Below are positions 1-7,094 of a stretch of DNA of 12,140 bases, piece after piece. The translations under genes were made by a program, and so were the position numbers. Within the stretch, counting starts at the first letter, position 1. Each line of letters begins with the position of its first letter. Source of the stretch: Candidatus Sumerlaeia bacterium (GTDB lineage: Bacteria > Sumerlaeota > Sumerlaeia > SLMS01). Location of the stretch: NCBI GenBank assembly GCA_038208905.1, contig JBBQYG010000128.1, forward strand, positions 1 through 12,140. The letters run 5' to 3'. The notes beneath the pieces are model-generated. The model ran no database searches. It saw nothing but the letters and a program-made list of their open reading frames with translations, and had not been told where the DNA came from.

Positions 1-2106
1 GATTTCGCGTCTCCAGATGTGGCCGGTGGCGGTGGAGATGCCTTCGTCCTTGCGGTCGAAGTCCTTGCGGTAGCCGAGGGCGCGCAGGTGCTTGGCGCCC
101 AGGCGGCGGGCGGCGCGGGTGACGACGTTGAGGGGGGATTCCTCGGGGACTTCGCTCTCGATGGTCTTCTTCCAGACCTTGGGATCCACGCCGAATTCCT
201 TGCCGATGTTGTGGCGCGTGAAGGCGTTCTCGAAGTCGAGAAGCTCCTCCTTGAAGACGTTGAACAGCTCGTCGGCCTTCTCGCTCTCCCCGCCCCACTT
301 CAGGGCGGTGATCGCGTGGACGACAGCGAGGGTGCTCATCGCGACGTTGTCATAGACGGCGCGGTTGTCCATGTTCTCGAAGGCGAAGGCCGTGGAGTTC
401 AGGCTGGAGTGGGAGATGAAGATGGCGTGGGCCGCGGCGCCGACAATGGCACAGGCCTCGTCCTCCATCTCGGGCTCGCCCTCGTCCTCCGGGATGTCCT
501 TGAGGAGCGACGAGAGACAGATTTCGCGGAGCTGGATATCGGCCTCGCTGCAGACGTGGTGGATGAAGTGCTCCTTCCACATGACGCGGGCCATCGCGAC
601 CAGGAAGTCCTCCATGTTGCGCATCACGACGGGGACGCGGCGGATGGGAACCTGGGCGCGGATCAGGCCGAGCATCCCGCCGAGGAATGTCTTGGGCTCG
701 CCGACCAGCGCGCGATGCACGCGCTGGAGCGACGCCATCAGGGCGGGCTTCCAGCAGGGGTTCCCGGCGCGCAGCTTGCGCGTGCCGTCGGGGAGCACCT
801 GCTCGTAGGGGCGCGGCGCAGCGAGTACACGGCGCGTGGTGAAGCCGCCGGACTCCTCCTCGTACCCGAGGAACCGCGAAAGCGATCCCGGCGTGTCGGC
901 CCAGGCGGACCACGACGTATTGTCCTTGAGCGACGTGCGGCGCGGCTCTTCCTCCTCCATGCCATACATCTTCATCAGCTTGCGGCGCACGAACGTGTCG
1001 GGGCCGCCGGGCTGGTACTTCAGCTCCGTCAGCTTCACGATCTTCTGCTCGAAGTTCATGCACGTCTTGAAGGTGGAGAGGAGCGTCACCAGCGGCTCGA
1101 AGTGCGACCAGAGGTGGTCGATGCCCTTGTCGCGCAGGACCGCGTCCACCTTGGCGATGGTGCGGTCGAGCTGCTTTTTGGTTGAGGGATGGCCCTCGAT
1201 CACCCAGTCGGTGAAGTTGCGCTCCTTGAAGAGGATCGTCACGATGTCTCGCGTGGTGGCCGCGGGGCGCAGCGTGTTCCACCGCTTCATCAGGAGGTCC
1301 TGTTCGCGCTCCTTGCTCTGCTCCACATCCATCAGGAGCACGAGGTGGCAAGGCGTGATCTCCTCCGCCTCGCAGCGCTTGGTGAATTCCTGATGCAGGA
1401 TCTGGAGGACCTTGGCGCTATAGGCACCTTCGGGGAGCCAGAAGGCCATGATGAAATAGCGCTCCCCGTGCAGGCGCGAAACCGCGCGGTTGTACTTGCG
1501 CAGGAGCGGCCAGTAGATCTCCAGCCCGAGGCGAATCAGCAGGCGGATCTCGAAGTCGTGATGGAACGAAGTGAGCAGGGAGTGGAAGGGTGTGGTCGCG
1601 ACCGGCGTGATGAAGCCCCTCTCGATGAGGTTCATCATGCGGCTATACACGTTGTCGGCCGTGTCATAGTCCGCCTCGATCATGCGGACCATCGTATCGG
1701 GGTCGAGGCCGAGGCCCATGAAGGCGATCGGGCCCTTCTCTCCGAAAGTCAGGCGCGAGGCGACCTCGATCTCCTGGGCCACCTTGCCGAGGTTGATCGT
1801 GAGCTTGCGGAGGAATTTGACCTCGAGGTCGGCGGGATTGATGCCCGAAATCTTGTCGGCGTTGAAGGTACAGGAGAGCGGTGAGATGCGGTCCTCGAAC
1901 TCCGGAGGGGAAGACAGCAGGTCGAGGACCTCGTCGGGGTCGCCCTCCTCTAGGTCGAGGGGCAACTCGCGGTCCATATCGACGCGCACGCCGACGGGAT
2001 AGCTGTATTCCACCTGCACGGGGTGCAGCCTATTGGTAAAGACCTCCTCCGACGCCTTGCGGGCGGTTTTCTTGGGGCGCGGGGGATTGGCCGGGGACAC
2101 TGACAC
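1..2106 (-). CDS. Divergent glycoside hydrolase family 57 / DUF3536-like protein, 3'-partial (at least 702 aa, continues past the left edge)
   Basis: Manual translation gives an uninterrupted frame from GTG 2106 (alternative GTG 2100) to base 1: MSVSPANPPRPKKTARK...GHIWRREI. AGGAG lies upstream at 2122-2118 and third positions are strongly G/C. GH57-like motifs occur in the expected order: ATTPFHSLL, AFWLPEGAY (nucleophile region, Glu codon 1431-1429), DNTSWSAW..SLSRF, WKPALMASL, SLNSTAFAFEN. Confidence 0.8.
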   Translation of the reverse strand, partial: MSVSPANPPRPKKTARKASEEVFTNRLHPVQVEYSYPVGVRVDMDRELPLDLEEGDPDEVLDLLSSPPEFEDRISPLSCTFNADKISGINPADLEVKFLRKLTINLGKVAQEIEVASRLTFGEKGPIAFMGLGLDPDTMVRMIEADYDTADNVYSRMMNLIERGFITPVATTPFHSLLTSFHHDFEIRLLIRLGLEIYWPLLRKYNRAVSRLHGERYFIMAFWLPEGAYSAKVLQILHQEFTKRCEAEEITPCHLVLLMDVEQSKEREQDLLMKRWNTLRPAATTRDIVTILFKERNFTDWVIEGHPSTKKQLDRTIAKVDAVLRDKGIDHLWSHFEPLVTLLSTFKTCMNFEQKIVKLTELKYQPGGPDTFVRRKLMKMYGMEEEEPRRTSLKDNTSWSAWADTPGSLSRFLGYEEESGGFTTRRVLAAPRPYEQVLPDGTRKLRAGNPCWKPALMASLQRVHRALVGEPKTFLGGMLGLIRAQVPIRRVPVVMRNMEDFLVAMARVMWKEHFIHHVCSEADIQLREICLSSLLKDIPEDEGEPEMEDEACAIVGAAAHAIFISHSSLNSTAFAFENMDNRAVYDNVAMSTLAVVHAITALKWGGESEKADELFNVFKEELLDFENAFTRHNIGKEFGVDPKVWKKTIESEVPEESPLNVVTRAARRLGAKHLRALGYRKDFDRKDEGISTATGHIWRREI

Positions 2107-2158
2107 GGATCGTTTCTCTCCTGTGGGCGACCTCGAAATGGCGAAGTCGCGGAACTTT

Positions 2159-2187
2159 ATCCTGCTCGCTATTTTCTCACCGTGCAA
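2159..2187 (-). promoter_or_regulatory. Possible sigma70-type promoter for the GH57-like gene
   Basis: Minus strand reads TTGCAC (2187-2182), 17 nt, then CAGGAT (2164-2159), about 50 bp upstream of the start codon. This is a motif match only. Confidence 0.3.
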
Positions 2188-2321
2188 CTGTTAGGCGGAG
2201 GGGGGCGAGCCGCGCAACAAAAAACATGGGCTTCCGCGCTTCGATCTGGCCTCTTGCATGACAGAGCGCGGGCAATGGCGTGGCTAAAGGCATTTATCGG
2301 ATCGCACGGGGGCGGGGGGCC

Positions 2322-2351
2322 TTGACCGCCACTCTGGGGGCGGTGCAAATT
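2322..2351 (+). promoter_or_regulatory. Possible promoter with dyad symmetry upstream of the methyltransferase
   Basis: TTGACC-N18-CAAATT overlaps the inverted repeat TTG-ACCGCC-(actctggg)-GGCGGT-g-CAA, about 40 bp before GTG 2392. Confidence 0.3.
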
Positions 2352-2391
2352 CCCCGCCAGACCAATTCCCGCCCGAAACGGACGCCGCCCT

Positions 2392-3192
2392 GTGTTCTGG
2401 AAGACCAATAAGCCCCAGGCCAATGCCCAGGCCGACATCGACGCCTACACCCACTGGTACCACACTTTCGAGGTCGTCCCCGGCGTCGTGACCAAGGGGG
2501 AGTACCAGTTGGAGCCGATTCGCGACTACCTCGGGAACTGGTTCAAGCTCGGCGAGGCGGACTTGGCGGGGAAGTCGCTCCTGGACGTTGCGACGTTCGA
2601 CGGCGGATTCGCCTTCGGCTTCGAGGACTTGGGCGCCCGGGTGGAGGGATCGGACCTGATCGACCAGACCCACACCGGATTTGCCACGGCCCATCGCGTC
2701 CGCAAAAGCCCGGCGAAGTTCCACAATGTTTCGGTGTACGATCTGGATCCCGCGAAGATGGGGCCCTACGACTTGGTCCACTTCAGCGGGCTGCACTACC
2801 ACCTCAAGCACCCGATCCTTGCTCTGGAGAAGGTGAACGCGGTGATGAAGGTGGGCGGCACGATTTTTGGCAACGCGGCCTCGGGCGAGTTCATGTACCG
2901 CGAGAAGCTCCCCAAGGGAATGGACGACGCGGCGATCCACGCCTTCCTCTCGCAGTTGCCGATCGCCTATTACGACGATGGCAAATACAATGGCGACCCA
3001 ACCAATTGGATTTTCTTCGGCGATGCCGCCTTTCGCACGGCGATGGAACGCGCGGGCTTCAAGGTGGAATTCTGCAAGAGCTATGCGATGTCCAACACCA
3101 CGAGCCGATCAACCTGCTACTTCAAGGCCGTGAAGATTTCGGACCCCCAGCCGGAGTACTGGGTGGATAATCACAAGTTGCTGGCCAAGTAG
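2392..3192 (+). CDS. Class I SAM-dependent methyltransferase, CmoB/DUF1698-like fold, substrate unknown (266 aa)
   Basis: Motifs WYHTFEVVPGVVTKG, DLAGKSLLDVATFDGGFAF (motif I), VEGSD (motif II) and YDLVHFSGLHYHLKHPILALEKV, plus a late NGDPTNW. Codon bias is coding-like. Confidence 0.85.
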   Translation: MFWKTNKPQANAQADIDAYTHWYHTFEVVPGVVTKGEYQLEPIRDYLGNWFKLGEADLAGKSLLDVATFDGGFAFGFEDLGARVEGSDLIDQTHTGFATAHRVRKSPAKFHNVSVYDLDPAKMGPYDLVHFSGLHYHLKHPILALEKVNAVMKVGGTIFGNAASGEFMYREKLPKGMDDAAIHAFLSQLPIAYYDDGKYNGDPTNWIFFGDAAFRTAMERAGFKVEFCKSYAMSNTTSRSTCYFKAVKISDPQPEYWVDNHKLLAK

Positions 3193-3198
3193 CAAGGA

Positions 3199-3265
3199 AG
3201 GCATGAGGGAGGAGGGAGGAGGGACAAACAGCATCTGAATCCCCAGCGGTTCATCCCTCATCCCT
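3199..3265. repeat. Imperfect inverted heptamer-repeat element between convergent genes; possible bidirectional terminator or RNA-stabilising hairpin
   Basis: Left arm AGGCATG-AGGGAGG-AGGGAGG-AGGGA (3199-3224). Right arm TCATCCC-TCATCCC-T (3251-3265). The arms pair over 15 bp with 2 mismatches, and the right arm overlaps the minus-strand TAG at 3266-3264. Confidence 0.7.
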
Positions 3266-6200
3266 ACTTCACCCCTGGAGCCCACTCGATCTCCTGCACT
3301 CCGTAGCCGCCCTCGCGATTTGTTTCGTTGAAGGAGGCAAACCACCGGCCTTGGGCCCGATGTAGTTCGCTGGCGTAGTAGGGGAGATAGCCGATGTAGT
3401 GATCGAGGGTGAAGGGCTGGGGAGCCCCCGTGGCTGGATCGGGGCGGGACCAGTAGACCTTGGCGCCGGCGTCGATGCTCTCGATAACCCAGGAGACGGG
3501 CTGGGAGGCGACGAGGTCGGCGAAGCGCTTTCCGCCGCCGGTGGCGTTGCCGAGAATCTGCTCCGCCTTGCGTGCTTCGAGATCGAGTCGATGGTAGCCA
3601 TCGCGCGTCGCGAGGTACACCTGCGCGTTGCCGGTCCATGACTCGCGGAAGGCGCGGGGATCGGGGAGGTTGGCGATCCAGGGCTCGGCGTCGGGGGCGA
3701 GGGTGGCGGGCCCCTTGGGATCATCGAGCGGCAGACGGTGGATCGCGCCGCGGGTGGATTCGGCGATGTAGAGATGGCCGACGCGCTGCAGGAGCGAGGC
3801 GGGATTCCAGTCGAAGTCGGCCCGGGCGATAACTTGGCGCGTCGGCTCGGAGCGATCGCCCGACGATAGCCAATTGAATCGAGAAACGACTCGCTCTCCG
3901 GCGGCGGTGCTCTCTGCGAAGTAGATTGTATAGACGTCCTCGCCGCCCGCCAAAGTGATGGCGTGTGGCTCCACGAGCGTTGCCAGCTGATGATCTCCCG
4001 GCGACGCGAGAGCGATGTGGGGAGCCACCGCTGGATCGCGACGCGAGAAATCCAGCAAGTCTGAGAGCGTGGTGGTGATCCGGCCTTCCCCGTCGGTTGC
4101 GAGCAGGATTGAAACCACCGCGTCGGGGTAGTTGTGCAGGGAGTGCGAGGCCGCGAGCGGCGAGTTGGGGCGAAGGGGATCCTGCAGGCGCAGGGTCAGG
4201 CGCCCGCCGTACTCGGTGGCGTGGAGGCCGGATCGCCTGGCGACAACGCGAAACTGCGTTTCGCCAATGGGCAGAAGGGCCGAGCAGGGACGCGCGCCGC
4301 TGGCTCGCACGTGGATCGCAGAGGGCTCGGCGACCCCGCGGAGGATATCGCGGGGTGTGGCACTGCCAGTTGTCCCCACGACAAACAGCGAATCCGAATC
4401 GGCCACCAGAAGCTCGCCGCGCTGATCGTTCTCCGCGCAGGGCTCCACGAGGAGCGTCATTGCAGTGGGCCGGGAGTCCTTGCTCCCCCGCCACATCAGT
4501 CGCCGGGCGCCGTCTATACAATCGACCTCGACGATGAACGGCTCCACACCCCCAGCCGGATCGCCGGTATCGAGGACAGCGACGCGATAGCGGTAGCGGA
4601 AGGTGCCGCGCCCGGCGCGCGTGGGAACCCACCAGGGCATGTTCTCCAGAGGGACCATCGCGATGGGATTGCGGAAGGAAAGCGTGGGGTCGGCGGGGTA
4701 CTCCCGCGCGATCAGGTCGGAGCGATCGCCGCGCGTGCGCTCCGCGAGGACGATGGCGCCTCGCTCCCGGTCGAGCAGCAGGACGTCGTTGTCGAACGCG
4801 TGGCCGGGATACGCCGTGCCGTTCTTGGTGACCTTGAGGTAGAAAAGTCCTGCGGCTTCGTCGTGGACGAGGGTGGGGGACTCGCACTCGGAATCGATGC
4901 GGCCCGAGTCGGCGTTGTGGAGCGAGTAGATCACGCGCTCCTTCTCCTGCGGAACGGTATGCAGCAGGCGCGGATCGCCCGCGACCATCTTGTGCAGGAC
5001 CTTTCCGGCGCCCACGTCGGCGTCGCCGGGGAGGCTGGCCTTGTAGCCCGCCCACACCGCGTGCCAGTCGGCGCCGCGGCGCGAGACATCCAGGTCGCGG
5101 GCCGTGTTGCGATCGGTCCGTGTATAGACAAGGCGCTGGTCGGGCGATTCGGGAATCCAGGGCTTCCATGAGGAAGGAATCCCCGGCGTCCGCGTGGTGG
5201 CATAGCGGATGCCATCGTACTTTTCGCGGTTCCAGAGCGCGTGCTCCGTGTAGAACATGGCGAATTCGTCGCCAACTCGCGCCACCGACGGCGCCCAAGG
5301 GCCAAAGAAGTGCTGTGGTTGGTCGGGATCGATGAGGACATCGCGCGTGCGGCGATCCGTCCCGCTGAACGCGGCATGGCTCCAGGGGCCCTGTATGGAC
5401 GCGGGCGCAAGGGCGTGAACCAGTCCCGAGTGAAATGGCCCGTTTGAATTGGGGGCGCCCTTCGCATCGAGCGGCGCAAAGCCTGTGCGGGAATTGTAGA
5501 TGCCATAGAGATTCCACGCGCCCGCCGCGTCCTGAAAAATGGCGTGATCGGCGAGGAAGTACTCGGGATCGGTGGGGCCGACGGGGTCGATGTGGGCGGT
5601 GTCGCGGGGGAGTTTCTCCCGCAGCATGGCGACCGCGGGCCACGGATTGCCGCGCGCCTCCGCGCCGGGCGGCAGATCGGCGATGGGAGTCTCCCATACC
5701 GTCAGGTTCTCCAGGTTCACTTCCTTCTCGGCGATGCCCTGCGCGCCGTGGCCGGTGGTCTCGAAGCGGAAGGTCAGAGTGCGGGGGCCGGCATTGGCAA
5801 GGTGGTGCGGAGGCTGCACCAGCCATGTGACGCGCGTGAAATCGCCCGACGGGAGAGGCTCGCACGCGTTATTGCGGAGCACGGCGACATCGAAAGTCTG
5901 CACCACGCCGCTGCCCTCCAGAACGAATCTTAGCGGGGGGATCTGGTCGCCGCGAACGCTGGCGCTGAGGATCATGTCGAAGCGGAGAAGCCGCCCCGCC
6001 AGGTCAGCCGCGCGCTCGGGATAGTCGTGTCCGGGGGCCATGCGTTCGGCGTCGGTCACGGGATCCCGGAACAAATTGATGTAACGCCACCCGCCGGTAA
6101 GCCCGTCGGCACTGCGCGTGGTGATTCGCAGGCGATGGATGCGGCGCGGCAGCCCGGGAGAGCGCTCGAAAATCGCAATGCGGTCGGAGAGGCGCTGGGT

Positions 6201-6935
6201 GTGGTCGGTGGCATACCACGGCGCGACGGTGCCATGATCCGAAGCCGCCGGAATAGCATCCCATCCGGTGTTGTAGGGTGAGGAGTTGAACCGCCACTCG
6301 AGGGTCTTGAGCCAAATGGGATCGCCGGGATGCGGTGCCTCTCCGCGCAGGTCGCCCCATTCGCCCTGATGCGTGAAGAGGTCGCATGTTGCGCCGCTGG
6401 AGCCTATCGTCTGCGTAGTCTCGCCATCGCCGCGCACCAGCCCGGGGGCGGCGCGATGACGCGTGATGGAGGCGCCGCGAGAGAGTCCGTCCGCCGACTC
6501 CTCTCCCAGCGAGCGGGGATCGATGGCGATGGGATCGAGCATGGCGGCATCCGCGCCGGGGAGGCTCCACTCGCCGCGAAGCCGGTAGTCGGAAATCGGC
6601 GCGAGATTCACGAGCCAGAGGAATCTTCCGTCGTCAGCGAGGCGGAGTTCGGCCTCCCCCTCGGGGAGAAAACCCGTCACTTCCCGCCTCGAACCTGGTA
6701 GCTCGGCGCCGTCATCGGCCCGCGCCAGCCAAAGCGCCAGCGTCGCCGTGGATGGCACATCGAGGTGGAAGGTTGCCCCGGCGTCCAGATGGGGCGACGC
6801 GGCGAATCCCCCCGGGCGCGCAGCGAAGAGGGTCGCGGCAGGCTGCCCCTCGGCATTTTCCGAACACGAGGCCAGAAGCAGACCCAACGCGAGGAGCAGG
6901 GCGGCGGGGATACGATGGCGGCGGGGGTTGCTCAT
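3264..6935 (-). CDS. Large multidomain lipoprotein (~1223 aa) with a GH32/GH43-like five-bladed beta-propeller glycosidase domain and NHL-like propeller repeats
   Basis: ATG 6935 gives a type II signal peptide MSNPRRHRIPAALLLALGLLLAS-C (lipobox LASC), which fits better than the track start at 7049. Propeller motifs are YFLADHAIFQDAAGAWNLYGI (Asp 5549-5547), PWAPSV..FAMFYT (Trp 5297-5295), TARDLDV (Asp 5096-5094), SECESPTLV (4889-4881) and the C-terminal YYASELHRAQGRWFASF..GGYGVQEIEW. Confidence 0.75.
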   Translation of the reverse strand: MSNPRRHRIPAALLLALGLLLASCSENAEGQPAATLFAARPGGFAASPHLDAGATFHLDVPSTATLALWLARADDGAELPGSRREVTGFLPEGEAELRLADDGRFLWLVNLAPISDYRLRGEWSLPGADAAMLDPIAIDPRSLGEESADGLSRGASITRHRAAPGLVRGDGETTQTIGSSGATCDLFTHQGEWGDLRGEAPHPGDPIWLKTLEWRFNSSPYNTGWDAIPAASDHGTVAPWYATDHTQRLSDRIAIFERSPGLPRRIHRLRITTRSADGLTGGWRYINLFRDPVTDAERMAPGHDYPERAADLAGRLLRFDMILSASVRGDQIPPLRFVLEGSGVVQTFDVAVLRNNACEPLPSGDFTRVTWLVQPPHHLANAGPRTLTFRFETTGHGAQGIAEKEVNLENLTVWETPIADLPPGAEARGNPWPAVAMLREKLPRDTAHIDPVGPTDPEYFLADHAIFQDAAGAWNLYGIYNSRTGFAPLDAKGAPNSNGPFHSGLVHALAPASIQGPWSHAAFSGTDRRTRDVLIDPDQPQHFFGPWAPSVARVGDEFAMFYTEHALWNREKYDGIRYATTRTPGIPSSWKPWIPESPDQRLVYTRTDRNTARDLDVSRRGADWHAVWAGYKASLPGDADVGAGKVLHKMVAGDPRLLHTVPQEKERVIYSLHNADSGRIDSECESPTLVHDEAAGLFYLKVTKNGTAYPGHAFDNDVLLLDRERGAIVLAERTRGDRSDLIAREYPADPTLSFRNPIAMVPLENMPWWVPTRAGRGTFRYRYRVAVLDTGDPAGGVEPFIVEVDCIDGARRLMWRGSKDSRPTAMTLLVEPCAENDQRGELLVADSDSLFVVGTTGSATPRDILRGVAEPSAIHVRASGARPCSALLPIGETQFRVVARRSGLHATEYGGRLTLRLQDPLRPNSPLAASHSLHNYPDAVVSILLATDGEGRITTTLSDLLDFSRRDPAVAPHIALASPGDHQLATLVEPHAITLAGGEDVYTIYFAESTAAGERVVSRFNWLSSGDRSEPTRQVIARADFDWNPASLLQRVGHLYIAESTRGAIHRLPLDDPKGPATLAPDAEPWIANLPDPRAFRESWTGNAQVYLATRDGYHRLDLEARKAEQILGNATGGGKRFADLVASQPVSWVIESIDAGAKVYWSRPDPATGAPQPFTLDHYIGYLPYYASELHRAQGRWFASFNETNREGGYGVQEIEWAPGVK

Positions 6936-7094
6936 GGGGCAACCTGCCGGAGGAGTCCACGCTGGCCCAACGGGAATCTGCCGGAGGGGTTTTTCGTTGC
7001 GCCAATGGACGCCCGGCCAGCCCCATAGGGGGAATGATGCGAGGACCATTGGGCAGGTGTCCCGTTGGCCGATCTTTCCCGAGGGTGGTGAGCG

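Noticed and set aside
19..1884. Long plus-strand ORFs 19..1185 and 1189..1884, and minus-strand ORF 350..1351
   Set aside because: These are antisense or off-frame shadows of the GH57-like gene. Their translations lack motifs and have the composition typical of shadows in high-GC DNA.
3465..4808. Intein as the explanation for the insert in the glycosidase propeller
   Set aside because: There is no Cys/Ser start with a His-Asn end before Cys/Ser/Thr, and no LAGLIDADG-like motif.
3721..5865. 714-aa minus-strand ORF overlapping the lipoprotein gene
   Set aside because: Arg/Pro/Gly-rich alternative frame with no motifs. Long stop-free frames are expected at this GC content.
6936..7049. Track start of the large ORF at 7049
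   Set aside because: The extra 38 aa precede a clean lipoprotein signal peptide starting at ATG 6935 and would consume the divergent promoter region.
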